The notes beneath the pieces are model-generated. The model was not told the DNA's origin and searched no databases. It worked only from the letters and a program-made list of their open reading frames with translations. From Blastocatellia bacterium (lineage in GTDB: Bacteria; Acidobacteriota; Blastocatellia; UBA7656): a DNA stretch of 64,000 nt. Below, piece after piece: positions 40,637 through 50,625 of this stretch. A program made the translations under genes and the position numbers. The first letter of the stretch is position 1. The number at the start of each line of letters is the position of its first letter. The stretch covers positions 768,001 to 832,000 of the forward strand of contig CAVXWP010000009.1 of NCBI GenBank assembly GCA_963765495.1. Direction: 5' to 3'.

Positions 40637-42121
40637 ATGTGGCACACTGAAAAACCGATACGGCATAAACTGTTGGAAGCGCGCTGGCCTACACGCCGAG
40701 AGGCGGCGCGCTCGATGTTGTTTTCTCCCGTACCTGTCGGGCAGGTCGTGCTTGAAAGCCGCACCTGGGTTCCGGCTATGGTTCCATGGCGCTCTACCGA
40801 AGATGGGTTCGTAACTCCAAATATTCTGGAATGGTACGGGCGGTTTGCCGAAGGGCGTCCGGGGGCCATCGTGGTCGAAGCTACCGGCATACGCGACATA
40901 GCCAGCGGCCCGCTGCTTCGCATAGGGCACGACCGTTTTATTCCCGGCCTTCGCGAACTTGTCGAAACCGTTCGCAGGGCCTCGGGCGGCCACACTCGCC
41001 TCTTTATTCAAATCATAGATTTTCTCAGCGTAAAGCGCCGCCCTCAAAAAGAGAAATACTTCGAGCGATTCTTTCAGGTCACAAACCGCCATCGCCGCGC
41101 CCTCGCCAAAGTGACGGGCGAGCCCCGGTGGAAGAGCGCAAACGATGATGATGTGCGCGCTTATTTGAAGGACGCGGCCGAAGAGGTTTTGGATGGTGTT
41201 CTGAATGAGCGGGAACTTGAATCACTCCGCTACGGCTATCGCGAGCGCGTCACCGACACGCATCTTGCGCATATCCTCGAACTGCCCCGGGTGTTGCCGG
41301 AAATATTCGCAGCCGCAGCCCTCCGCGCTCGCCTCGCCGGGTTCGACGGCGTAGAACTTCATTACGCGCACGCCTATACGATGGCCTCATTTTTAAGCGC
41401 GAAGAACAACCGCGAAGACGGTTACGGCGGGCCGCGCGAAAACCGCGTGCGATTGCCTCTGGAAGTTTATCGAAAGGTGCGCGAGCGGGTGGGGGCCGAC
41501 TACACCGTAGGCGTTCGCTTTCTCGGCGATGAGGTGATCGAAGGCGGGAGCGATCTGGATGACGCCATCTATTTCGGTCTGGAATTTGCCCGCGCAGGAT
41601 TCGACTATCTATCGGTCTCAAAAGGAGGGAAATTCGACGACGCGAAACAGCCTAAAGTCGGAAACGCGGTTTATCCTTACACGGGGCGAAGCGGGTATGA
41701 GTGCATGCCCACGGTGCTGTCGGACGAACGCGGGCCGTTTGGCCGCAACGTCCCGCTCGCGGCGGCGATCAAACAGACGGTGAACGCGGCTGATTTTTCT
41801 ACGCCTATAGTCACCTCAGGCGGGATAGCCACTTTCGATCAATCCGAAGCGATACTGCGCCGGGGAGAGGCCGACATCATAGCTGCCGCGCGACAGTCGC
41901 TTGCCGATCCTGACTGGTTTCTGAAGATGCGACAGGGGCGCGGAGGCGAAATCCGCCGTTGCGAATTCACTAATTATTGCGAGGGCCTGGATCAGATGCA
42001 CAAACAGGTGACCTGCAAGCTGTGGGACCGCGTGCAGATTGATGAACCGGGCATCACAAAAAGCGATGACGGTCGTCGCCGACTGGTCGCGCCCGCGTGG
42101 AAGGGCGAACAGGAAACTTAA
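40637..42121 (+). CDS. NADH:flavin oxidoreductase (Old Yellow Enzyme family)
   Basis: IVVEAT, AGFDGVELHYAHAY, DGYGGPRENR, ARQSLADPDW, CEFTNYC. Start moved to ATG 40637, downstream of the repeat. Confidence 0.88.
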   Translation: MWHTEKPIRHKLLEARWPTRREAARSMLFSPVPVGQVVLESRTWVPAMVPWRSTEDGFVTPNILEWYGRFAEGRPGAIVVEATGIRDIASGPLLRIGHDRFIPGLRELVETVRRASGGHTRLFIQIIDFLSVKRRPQKEKYFERFFQVTNRHRRALAKVTGEPRWKSANDDDVRAYLKDAAEEVLDGVLNERELESLRYGYRERVTDTHLAHILELPRVLPEIFAAAALRARLAGFDGVELHYAHAYTMASFLSAKNNREDGYGGPRENRVRLPLEVYRKVRERVGADYTVGVRFLGDEVIEGGSDLDDAIYFGLEFARAGFDYLSVSKGGKFDDAKQPKVGNAVYPYTGRSGYECMPTVLSDERGPFGRNVPLAAAIKQTVNAADFSTPIVTSGGIATFDQSEAILRRGEADIIAAARQSLADPDWFLKMRQGRGGEIRRCEFTNYCEGLDQMHKQVTCKLWDRVQIDEPGITKSDDGRRRLVAPAWKGEQET

Positions 42122-42122
42122 A

Positions 42123-42242
42123 ATGTCACAAACTGAAATCGACGAAGCAGATTATAAAGACTTCGATCGGGTCAGAGAGCAGTTTCCCGCGCTTCGAGAT
42201 AAAGTCTTTCTCGACGCGGCCTGCGTGATGCGTGAGATTTGA
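42123..42242 (+). pseudogene. N-terminal fragment of a class V aminotransferase/cysteine desulfurase-like gene
   Basis: FDRVREQFPALRDKVFLDAA, then the frame runs into a CGTGATG repeat and stops. Confidence 0.7.
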
Positions 42243-42304
42243 GATGTCCGGCTAATAAGGAATTTGCCTTTAAGGTCACGCATCACGCATCACGCATCAC
42301 GAAT
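42224..42304. repeat. CGTGATG-heptamer hairpin
   Basis: CGTGATGCGTGA ... TCACGCATCACGCATCACGCATCACGAA. Confidence 0.8.
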
Positions 42305-42305
42305 T

Positions 42306-42677
42306 CTAAACTTCGTAAGTCGCCGATGTCGAAGGAGTTTCCCATACGCGCACCTTGTAAACCTTCACCCGGTCGTCGTTGATCTGTTCGGCTATCTTGT
42401 GAAGTATGAAACCGGCCAGATGCTCGGATGAGGGGTTCATCTCGATGTCGAAGGGCTTAAGCTCGTTAAGATTCTGATGATCGAGAAAGCGCATGACCTC
42501 CCGCGCAGCCGCTTTCAACTCTCTGAAATCAACCAGCATGCCTATATCGTCCAGCCGTTCACCGCGCACATAAACTTCGACCTTCCAGTTGTGGCCATGC
42601 AGGTTTTCGCATTTTCCGCGATACCCGCGCAAGGCATGAGCGGCGGAAAACTCTTCTTCGATCATCACCTCGTACAT
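42306..42677 (-). CDS. queD: 6-carboxytetrahydropterin synthase
   Basis: FSAAHAL, CENLHGHNW, LDHQNLN, PSSE, VWET. Confidence 0.93.
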   Translation of the reverse strand: MYEVMIEEEFSAAHALRGYRGKCENLHGHNWKVEVYVRGERLDDIGMLVDFRELKAAAREVMRFLDHQNLNELKPFDIEMNPSSEHLAGFILHKIAEQINDDRVKVYKVRVWETPSTSATYEV

Positions 42678-42720
42678 TATTTAATCCTCTTCATCCAACA
42701 AGCTTGTGAGGCCGCCTGCC

Positions 42721-43545
42721 TTAACTCCGGCTGACCTCTTTCAGTTTTATGTCGACCGTCGTGCCTGCGGTCTTGATCTTTGCGCGAACCGGAATGCGGT
42801 CGGCGTCCTCTGATACCCATATGGTCATCTCTCCGCTGTGGCGAACGTAGCGACCATCAAAGGCCTTCACATCCAGCCGCATGGTCTTGAATTTCCCCGC
42901 ATCCACTTTTATTTCTTCCTGCTGGTCGGCTACGACTTCGATGGTATAAGTCTTAGCGCCGTCGCTCAAGGGCAACGATATCGTTTCACCCGGCTTCATC
43001 TGCTGGGTTCGTACGAAATAGATAGCCGAAAGCACATCCAGTACCCAGGAGGGCGACGCTCCTTCTTCAACAGTCGGCTCGCTCGATTCATCTGCAATGT
43101 TTCTGTCAATGTAAGTCACGCGCCCGGTTTCCCGGTTTACGATGGATTTCTGCAATCGCCTGCGGTTTCCCTCCTCGATTTTAGTCGTGGAGGTGTAAAG
43201 CCCTATGTCTTTGGGAAAGACAACCGATGTATAACTGTTGTCGAGTTTGACGCCGAAGAGTTTAGGAAAGAACCCCCTGGAAACGGCTCTGGCATTGAGT
43301 TCCAGAAACCCGGGTTTTTGAGCCTCAGTGGGTTTCGCCACTCTAAGCGTGATTTCGCCTATCGTGCCTGAAAATATGAGCTTTGAAAAACTGGCGTCAT
43401 AAACAAGCGTCTCGCCCGGCTGGAAGGGAAGCGGCTCAATTACCGCAGGCCCCTTCGCATCCTTTTCGACATCGGCCTGAGCGCCGATAAGAGTTGCTGC
43501 TTGAATGAATACTAGTATTAAGGCTAAAAACATCTTTTCTCGCAT
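42721..43545 (-). CDS. DUF3108-like secreted protein
   Basis: Signal peptide; PFQPGETLVY, DVLSAIYFVR, IKVDAGKFKT, IWVSEDADRIPV. Confidence 0.75.
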   Translation of the reverse strand: MREKMFLALILVFIQAATLIGAQADVEKDAKGPAVIEPLPFQPGETLVYDASFSKLIFSGTIGEITLRVAKPTEAQKPGFLELNARAVSRGFFPKLFGVKLDNSYTSVVFPKDIGLYTSTTKIEEGNRRRLQKSIVNRETGRVTYIDRNIADESSEPTVEEGASPSWVLDVLSAIYFVRTQQMKPGETISLPLSDGAKTYTIEVVADQQEEIKVDAGKFKTMRLDVKAFDGRYVRHSGEMTIWVSEDADRIPVRAKIKTAGTTVDIKLKEVSRS

Positions 43546-43581
43546 AATACTTATTATACCCGTTCTGCCTGTGCGGGTGCA

Positions 43582-44190
43582 TCAACCGCCGGTAGACAGA
43601 AAAAATTTGACCAGAAGCAGCGCGTAGACGATCACAAATCCGAGCCCTGCTCGATACTCGCGATGATGCAGATAGCGCTTGAGATCAAAGCCCTTGCGAG
43701 CGCCGGGTATAGACTTGATTCCCTCTGAGGAGGAAGCCTGATAGGGTGTAATCCGAGGCAGAAAAAGCGGCACATTCCGGCTATAGTGCTCATATTCGCC
43801 CGGAAACAGTTCTCGTACGGTATCGGCTTCGGCAAACATCACAGGCACGTAAATCAGCAGATATAGCGCGATGAAAAGGGCTACGAACCATAGCGCCCCC
43901 GTGCCGACCGCTACCCCCGCGCCCAGCAAAAGAGTGCCGAAATAAAGCGGATTGCGGGTGTGCGCGTAAGGCCCCCGAGTGGCCAGTTCCTGATTCTTTT
44001 TCAAATGCCCCGAAGCCCATGCGCGCAGGGCGAGGCCGGTAAGGGCGATGACGGCTCCGGCTATGAGTGTAAGGCTGGTCGGTCGGGCCGCTATCACAAA
44101 AAGAGGGGCCATTGCGAATCCGGCGGGCACCCTGATTCTTTGCGCCAGGGCACGGAGATGGATCATCTTTTCTTCACTTGCCTCAAACAT
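43582..44190 (-). CDS. Isoprenylcysteine carboxyl methyltransferase/PEMT family membrane protein
   Basis: LRAWASG, LATRGPYAHTRNPLYFG, YSRNVPLFLP. Start 44190 or 44166. Confidence 0.85.
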   Translation of the reverse strand: MFEASEEKMIHLRALAQRIRVPAGFAMAPLFVIAARPTSLTLIAGAVIALTGLALRAWASGHLKKNQELATRGPYAHTRNPLYFGTLLLGAGVAVGTGALWFVALFIALYLLIYVPVMFAEADTVRELFPGEYEHYSRNVPLFLPRITPYQASSSEGIKSIPGARKGFDLKRYLHHREYRAGLGFVIVYALLLVKFFLSTGG

Positions 44191-44204
44191 AGATTTGGCT
44201 GATG

Positions 44205-45320
44205 TCAGATTCGAATTGCAGGTTCGGCGAGTCGCGCCGAGACAGCCTCTGTGACGGCGCTGACCGGGATGTCCATACATTGCCAGTGCCAGCATTTACG
44301 GCGATGGCACTCGTCGCGGCACCAGAGGTCGCGGCCTACCGTCAGATCGCGTTTGTCGAAAGGGCCGTTGCGCTCGGGAGATGTCGGGCCGTAAATGCCG
44401 ACTATGGGAGTGCGGCAGGCAGCCGCCAGATGTAGCGGCCCTGTGTCGCCGCCTACGAATAGCTCCGCCCGCCGGGCAAGAGCCGCGAATTGCTTTAGCG
44501 ATGAGCGAAAGGGGCGGGCCGCGCCTGTCCGCGAACTGGCCGCTACAGCTTCGGCCAGCGCCTCCTCGCCCGGCCCGTAGGTTACAAACGATACGATCTG
44601 GCGCTCCGTCCACAACCAGTCCGCCACCTGTCCGTAACTCGAAACCGGCCAGAGCTTTGTCGGCCAGCCGCCGCCCGGGTTGAGTATGGCAAACCGTCTG
44701 CCTCGCTCGTTGATGGTTTCCATGACATAGCCTTCGTCTTCGCTGGGGATGACGATGGGAAATTCGTAGGCGGGCTGGCCAGACCGGGGATGAGTTATTC
44801 CTGACGCGCACGCGACATTCGGAGAATTTACGGCGAGGGAATCAAGGGCCGCACGGGCCAGCGCAAGATTCTTGTCAATAACATGTTTAATCTCTGCCGT
44901 CTTTACTTGATTGTTTAGAAAAAGACGACTTGCCTTTTCGCGCAGCTCGCCTGTTTCAAACCCCATCCGGCTCGCCGCCCTTGAGGCAGCCACGACCAGC
45001 CCGGATTTAATAAGCCCCTGAAAATCTATGGCAACATCTATTGAGGATCGGGATTCATTTTTTAAGCCTCCCCGAACACGCCCGATCTGCTCACGGATGT
45101 CCGCAATAGTTGCATCGTTTAGCGGGCGCTTGCGCCAGGCGCGGGTGTCAACCTCTATCAATTCATCTATGGCGGGACAGTCTTTAAGAATGGCGCTCGC
45201 ACGCCGCTCTACCACCCACGAGATGTGAGCGTCAGACAAATTTCGCCTGATCTCAGCCGCCGCCGGCAGCGTATGAACCACGTCGCCTATCGAACTGAGC
45301 TTGACTATCAATATTTGCAT
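44205..45320 (-). CDS. LPS heptosyltransferase I-like glycosyltransferase (GT9)
   Basis: MQILIVKLSSIGDVVH, IDFQGLIKS, PTKLWP, GGDTGPLHLAAA, YGPTSP. Confidence 0.9.
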   Translation of the reverse strand: MQILIVKLSSIGDVVHTLPAAAEIRRNLSDAHISWVVERRASAILKDCPAIDELIEVDTRAWRKRPLNDATIADIREQIGRVRGGLKNESRSSIDVAIDFQGLIKSGLVVAASRAASRMGFETGELREKASRLFLNNQVKTAEIKHVIDKNLALARAALDSLAVNSPNVACASGITHPRSGQPAYEFPIVIPSEDEGYVMETINERGRRFAILNPGGGWPTKLWPVSSYGQVADWLWTERQIVSFVTYGPGEEALAEAVAASSRTGAARPFRSSLKQFAALARRAELFVGGDTGPLHLAAACRTPIVGIYGPTSPERNGPFDKRDLTVGRDLWCRDECHRRKCWHWQCMDIPVSAVTEAVSARLAEPAIRI

Positions 45321-45625
45321 CGTATCCGGGTAAATAGAGACTTTCGAAAAATCGCAAAGAGAGATTATACCACCTACCTCCCTCCTTAATTCATTACCCG
45401 AGTCGGCACAAGTACTGAAAGCGGCAACTGCTTCCGCCCGGATTTCTCTAATCCTCAATTCCAAAAATTGGTAACACTTTTGGCCACTCATCTGAAATGA
45501 TCCGGCAGATACATTACTCCGTTTCCATATGTTTTGTAATATATAAATCATTCAAATTTGGCAATTTATCTTACTTAAGTCTTCTTTTACAGATGTTTTC
45601 CGGATGTGGCAGTGGTTGTTGGTTA

Positions 45626-45763
45626 TCCAAATATTTGGAATTTAATTCAAATATTTGGATAAATTCAATAAAATTGATCTTCATTGAGGAACAAGAGAAA
45701 GCGAGCTAAATAGAGTTATAGCTAAGTTAAGCTCCCAAACGGGTTTTCAGGTATAGGAATTGC
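45626..45763 (+). promoter_or_regulatory. Sigma-54 promoter with paired palindromic enhancer (receptor 1)
   Basis: TCCAAATATTTGGA (45626-45639) and TTCAAATATTTGGA (45646-45659); GG-TATAGGAATT-GC at 45750-45763. Confidence 0.7.
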
Positions 45764-45959
45764 CTGTATTGAACCGACTCAGGGGACATCCAGAGAGATT
45801 ATGGGGCAATGCAACAAAGGTACTCACCGACTTTAGATACGAGTGTATTTGGTCAAGCACAGGCTCCATTTTTATCAGTATTTCAAGGATAAGCTACTCC
45901 CCAAACTCTGTCGGTGAGCAAGACCAAACAATTCAACTATTTATGAAGGAGGAGAATCC

Positions 45960-48900
45960 GTGAATAGAATCCTATCGATAAAAGGTTCTTTCCGTAAGGT
46001 GAGCAGCTTTCTCATGCTCATCGCTCTCCTGATCGGCCCCGGCTCTGCATTTTCAGCCCTGGCCTCTTCTCAGGAGATTTCCGGTAGCATTCAGGGGACG
46101 GTCAAGGACCCGGCCGGAGCAGTCATCCCCGATGCTTCCATCACTGCTACGAGTGATAGACAAACCTTTAAGACCACATCCGACTCTGCTGGCAACTACA
46201 CCATCTCGGCCCTCCCGCCGGGCAATTATGTAGTTACGGCATCGGGCTCCGGCTTCAAGTCGGTCAAGCGCGAGAATGTGCCTGTCGTACTTGGAAAGAC
46301 CTTGCAGGTAAACTTCGACATGGAAGTTGCTGTAAGTGGAGAAGAAGTGACGATCACGGCAGCCGACGAGCCGCTGGTGGACGTGACCTCTACAAAGACG
46401 GCTACAAACGTGACCCAGCAAGAGATCAACGTCATACCGAAATCACTCAACTTCTCTTCGCTGATTCAGGTAGCCCCCGGAACCCGCGCTGAATCGAAAT
46501 CAGGTGGATTCCAGATTGATGGAGCATCCGGCTCAGAGAACGTCTTTATCGTAGACGGCGTGGAAGTTACCAGAATTGACGATGGAACTCTTGGCCGAAC
46601 CAAGAACATTCCGAACGATTTCGTAAAGGAACTTCAGATCAAGAGCGGCGGATATGAAGCAGAGTACGGCGGAGCGACAGGCGGAGTTGTAAACGTAGTG
46701 ACCAGAGGTGGGACGAATGATTTCCACGGGGAACTGCGATTCGAGTACACGTCTGACACGTTCCGAGCCGAAGACAACCCGACCTTGAGGCTTGCTCCGC
46801 AAGATACAGACACATTCGAGTACTTCCATAACCGGGACGGGAAGGACAAGACACGATTTTTCAGCCCGATCATCAACATCGGCGGGCCGATAGTCAAGGA
46901 TCACGTATGGTTCTACACGAGCTATGCGCCACAGTACACAAGGACGACACAACGGACCGATCTAATCCGTGTCAACCCGGGCGTGGGAGTAGATTCGCTC
47001 GACACTCGCTTTATCACGACGCGAGAAAAAATCGACTACTTCCTGGGACGGCTTGACTGGGCCGCAAGCGACAGGCTTTCGGTATACGGCAACTTTATCA
47101 ACAGCCCGATCAAATCCGAAGGTCAGCAACTGGGCGCTGAAGTCACAGGCTCTACGGCCTTCAATGACATTCGACTCGGCGAAAAAGGCGGCTACGTCCC
47201 GGCGTGGCAGGCAGCATTCGGAGTGAACTATTCGGCGACGGATCACCTGATCCTGAGCTTCCGAGGCGGCCACACCTATCTCAACGATAAGGGCGGTTCC
47301 TACGACATTCCCGTAGGCATCCCGCTCTACACGATATCGGCTGCCTGCGCTCCTCCGCTCAACGGATGCGCTGCCGGTTCAACAGCTACGGGCACGCCGA
47401 TCATACAGACCAACTTTGCAACGGCCTTCAACATCACTCGCCGTACGAACCTCAACTTTGATGCGACCTACATCACGAGGTTCCTCGGCCAGCAGCACAC
47501 CTTCAAGGGTGGCTATCAGGTCAACCGCCTCAGCAACAAGGTCAACGAAGGCTATCAGGGCGGGATCATCAACTTCTACTTCAATCGTTCATATCTGGGC
47601 GAGCGAGGAACCTATGGTTATTATCGAACGACCGACTTCGGAACCGTAGGCGATGTCAACAGCAAAAACCAGGGTTTCTTCGTTCAGGATCAGTGGCAGA
47701 TTCATCCTCGCTTGACCGCAAACATCGGTCTCCGCATTGAGAATGAGTTCCTGCCCGCATTCCCGATTGACACAACCTTCCACCCGACCATTCCAGCCGA
47801 CGCGCAGATTTCGACCAAGCCGATTGATTTTGGCTGGGGCGACAAGATCGCGCCGAGAGTCGGATTGGCCTGGGATGTATTCGGAACCGGAAAGCTGAAA
47901 GTCTACGGCAGCTTCTCAATATTCTATGACACGATGAAGTATGAGCTTCCACGCGGCTCGTTCGGCGGCGATCACTTCATCAGAACATGGTACACGCTCG
48001 ATACACCGAACTTCACGAGCATCAATCTCGGCAACACGCCGGGCAACATCATCGACGGACCGCTTGATTTCCGCGTACCGTCAAACGTAGTGCTTGCCGG
48101 TGAGCGGCCCACGATTGACCCGAACCTCAAGCCCACTAAAGAGCGAGAGTACACCTTTGGCGGCGACTATGCGCTGGGCACAAATCTTGTTGCAAGCGCA
48201 CGATTCACCCGCAAGAGGCTTGACCGAACGATAGAAGACATCGGTGGGCTCGACGCGGCGGGCAACGAAGTGTACACGATAGGCAACCCGGGATTTGGAG
48301 TATCGATAACGGACTTCAATCCGCCGACGCCGAAGGCGGTACGCGAGTACACAGGGTTGGAATTGAGGCTCGACAAGAGGTTCACAAACAACTGGTACGC
48401 GAATCTGTCGTACACCTACAGCAAGCTGTATGGAAACTACTCCGGGCTGGCCAGTTCGGATGAGAATGGACGAACAAGCCCGAACGTAAACCGCTACTTC
48501 GATTTACCGGAGCTTGTGTATGACACACATGGACAGCAGGTACTCGGCCGGTTGGCAACGGATCGACCGAACACGTTCAAGGCATTTGCCAGCTATCAGT
48601 TCCACTACTGGGGAATGAGTACGGACATCGGCGGTACGCAGTTGATCTACCAGGGCATACCGATCTCGACGATCCTATCGGAGCACGTCGGAGGGGGCGG
48701 AGCGGAAATCTATCCCGAAGGCCGAGGCGATCTGGGGAGAACAGAGGCGTTCACACAGACTGATCTGGTGATCAATCACCTGATCAAGCTGACGGAGAAT
48801 GTGAAGCTGCGTTTCTCGATGAACGTATTCAATCTGTTCGACGAGAGAAACCAGACCAACATCTTCGCCAACTATCTTGCGGCGGGCCAGGTAGTGCAGT

Positions 48901-49073
48901 ACGGAAATGCAAATGATTCGTTTGATGTAGCATTTCCGATCTTCATCAACTCGAACGGAGATTGGCAGCAGAGAATCGCGAATCAGGGTCTGGTTGTTGA
49001 CCCCCGGTTTGGCCAGGCCAACACCTTCCAGGCACCGCGCGAAGCTCGCTTCGCAGTCGGCGTCCAGTGGTAA
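45960..49073 (+). CDS. Oar-like TonB-dependent receptor with N-terminal carboxypeptidase-regulatory domain
   Basis: Signal peptide; GSIQGTVKDPAGAVIP; IDGASGSENVFIVDG; YEAEYGGATGGVVNVVT; FFVQDQWQ; C-terminal aromatic residue (VQW); AAGGAGG RBS. Confidence 0.92.
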   Translation: MNRILSIKGSFRKVSSFLMLIALLIGPGSAFSALASSQEISGSIQGTVKDPAGAVIPDASITATSDRQTFKTTSDSAGNYTISALPPGNYVVTASGSGFKSVKRENVPVVLGKTLQVNFDMEVAVSGEEVTITAADEPLVDVTSTKTATNVTQQEINVIPKSLNFSSLIQVAPGTRAESKSGGFQIDGASGSENVFIVDGVEVTRIDDGTLGRTKNIPNDFVKELQIKSGGYEAEYGGATGGVVNVVTRGGTNDFHGELRFEYTSDTFRAEDNPTLRLAPQDTDTFEYFHNRDGKDKTRFFSPIINIGGPIVKDHVWFYTSYAPQYTRTTQRTDLIRVNPGVGVDSLDTRFITTREKIDYFLGRLDWAASDRLSVYGNFINSPIKSEGQQLGAEVTGSTAFNDIRLGEKGGYVPAWQAAFGVNYSATDHLILSFRGGHTYLNDKGGSYDIPVGIPLYTISAACAPPLNGCAAGSTATGTPIIQTNFATAFNITRRTNLNFDATYITRFLGQQHTFKGGYQVNRLSNKVNEGYQGGIINFYFNRSYLGERGTYGYYRTTDFGTVGDVNSKNQGFFVQDQWQIHPRLTANIGLRIENEFLPAFPIDTTFHPTIPADAQISTKPIDFGWGDKIAPRVGLAWDVFGTGKLKVYGSFSIFYDTMKYELPRGSFGGDHFIRTWYTLDTPNFTSINLGNTPGNIIDGPLDFRVPSNVVLAGERPTIDPNLKPTKEREYTFGGDYALGTNLVASARFTRKRLDRTIEDIGGLDAAGNEVYTIGNPGFGVSITDFNPPTPKAVREYTGLELRLDKRFTNNWYANLSYTYSKLYGNYSGLASSDENGRTSPNVNRYFDLPELVYDTHGQQVLGRLATDRPNTFKAFASYQFHYWGMSTDIGGTQLIYQGIPISTILSEHVGGGGAEIYPEGRGDLGRTEAFTQTDLVINHLIKLTENVKLRFSMNVFNLFDERNQTNIFANYLAAGQVVQYGNANDSFDVAFPIFINSNGDWQQRIANQGLVVDPRFGQANTFQAPREARFAVGVQW

Positions 49074-49106
49074 GAGAGTAGTCTTATTAAGTGAAATTCT
49101 TTTCAC

Positions 49107-49142
49107 TTGCCCGCCCTCTCAGTGAGGGCGGGCAATTTTATT
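49107..49142 (+). terminator. Rho-independent terminator
   Basis: TTGCCCGCCCTC-TCAGT-GAGGGCGGGCAA-TTTTATT. Confidence 0.75.
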
Positions 49143-49404
49143 GAGTGCCCGCCTTATTACGAGCCTCGATTATTCTCGCTTCGCAGCAATAGCGTTTTAT
49201 ATGAATGGTTGGGAATGGGAGTCAGAGGCGGGGTCGCATCGACCTGTTGAAATATCGGGCAGGTAGTCGGTAATGACCGGCAGAGAGCGAGATAACCTCG
49301 CCGATTATGCTTTTGTGGATGAGCGAAAGTGACCCTTCTTTTAGCGATCACTTTCCATGTCGCTCGCTACTTTCTCAGCCGCTACTTTCTCAGTCGCGGG
49401 GCGG

Positions 49405-50424
49405 TCAATTCTTTTGATTTGCTTTCTCGCGCAACTGCACGATCAGGCTTTCGTATTTCTGACGCTGAGCCGTCTGATGCTCAGTCGGCGGGATGGTCTT
49501 CAAATAAGCATCCAGGACATCGGCCGCTTCTTTATACTGCTTGTTGTCGCTATAGAGAGTGGCGAGATAGAGGTAGGCATCTTTTACATCTTCCCCGCCG
49601 ATTTCAATAGCTTTTTTCAAAAACTGCATAGCTTCCATTTTTGTATCCTTTGCCTGAGCCAGGACTATTCCCAGTTGCATATTTGTATAAGCCGAATCGG
49701 ACTTGAGTTCCACTGTGCGCCTGAGCATCTCTATCGCACGGTCTCGCTCGTTCAAACTGAAGAGAGTATAACCGAGCAGGTAACAGCTCTGCCAGCTGTC
49801 CTTATTTACTTCGACTGCGTGTTCAAGAATCGGCCTTGCCGCCTCGAACTGATTGCGCTTTACATATTCGAGTCCCATCACCTCAAGCGCGTCATAGTAA
49901 TCGGGAAAGATTTTGACCGAACTCTTAAAAGCCGCAATCGCCTCATCGAAAGAGCCCTGTTCCAGGCTTTTCACGCCTTTAAGGTATTCATCTTTGGCTT
50001 TAGCCGGGACATCCTGATAAAAGACCAGACCGGGCGACGCACCCGCTTTTTCGTCTCGTTTTGCCTCTTTTACTCTCAGCACGAAATCAACGCGGAAGAC
50101 CTCGCCGCCCCGATTGCTGACGGTAAAGGGGTTGACCTCGACTCTCTCGGTTTGCCGCTCGAAATCCGATCCCGCAGGCTCGACCCTCACATAGAAGGTC
50201 CCCGCAGTCAGGTTGTTAAACCTGTAGCGCCCGGCGCTGTCGGTATAGACCATTCTGAGTTCCGAATAGCCTTCGTTGAGAAGCGATACGCGGGCATTTT
50301 GATAGGGTTGATTCTTGGTCGTAGTGACCCGCCCGTCTATGGTATTGCGCCCCTGAAAAGCAGAACTGCCGATCAGAGGTTGCCAAAACGTGAGTGCTAG
50401 CGCGATGAAAAAAACTGCTGGCAT
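49405..50424 (-). CDS. Secreted carboxypeptidase-regulatory-domain + TPR protein (paralogue 1)
   Basis: NTIDGRV...YTDSAGRYRF...GGEVFRVDF...FPDYYDALE, then TPRs. Start taken at MPAVFF. Confidence 0.8.
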   Translation of the reverse strand: MPAVFFIALALTFWQPLIGSSAFQGRNTIDGRVTTTKNQPYQNARVSLLNEGYSELRMVYTDSAGRYRFNNLTAGTFYVRVEPAGSDFERQTERVEVNPFTVSNRGGEVFRVDFVLRVKEAKRDEKAGASPGLVFYQDVPAKAKDEYLKGVKSLEQGSFDEAIAAFKSSVKIFPDYYDALEVMGLEYVKRNQFEAARPILEHAVEVNKDSWQSCYLLGYTLFSLNERDRAIEMLRRTVELKSDSAYTNMQLGIVLAQAKDTKMEAMQFLKKAIEIGGEDVKDAYLYLATLYSDNKQYKEAADVLDAYLKTIPPTEHQTAQRQKYESLIVQLREKANQKN

Positions 50425-50545
50425 AACTTTAATTCTCCAGGTTCCGTCGTCCACAAAATATGATGAGTGATTGGTTGAACACATTCTATCAGAAAAGCTC
50501 TTGCGGTTCTATTTATGATTGAGAGAGAAAGCGGGTGGGCAAAGA

Positions 50546-50588
50546 ATAAAAATGGTTCGAGTCGGCAAAAACTTCGCCGACTCGAACC
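50546..50588 (-). terminator. Terminator hairpin for paralogue 2
   Basis: GGTTCGAGTCGGC/GCCGACTCGAACC preceded by an A-run on the plus strand. Confidence 0.7.
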
Positions 50589-50625
50589 TGTTACTGTCGA
50601 GGCCGCAGGCGCTGCTGTATTCAGA

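Noticed and set aside
45480-45730. AT-rich stretch as possible foreign DNA or replication origin
   Set aside because: Explained by the enhancer/promoter region; no DnaA-box cluster seen.
49371-49393. Short direct repeat CGCTACTTTCTCAG x2; also CAGAGCATTGTTTA x2 near 60146-60174
   Set aside because: Two copies only and no context to assign a role.
49357-50400. 347-aa antisense ORF (and similar long shadow ORFs, e.g. 26362-27327 and 61824-62813)
   Set aside because: Antisense shadows of well-supported genes, expected in GC-rich coding DNA.
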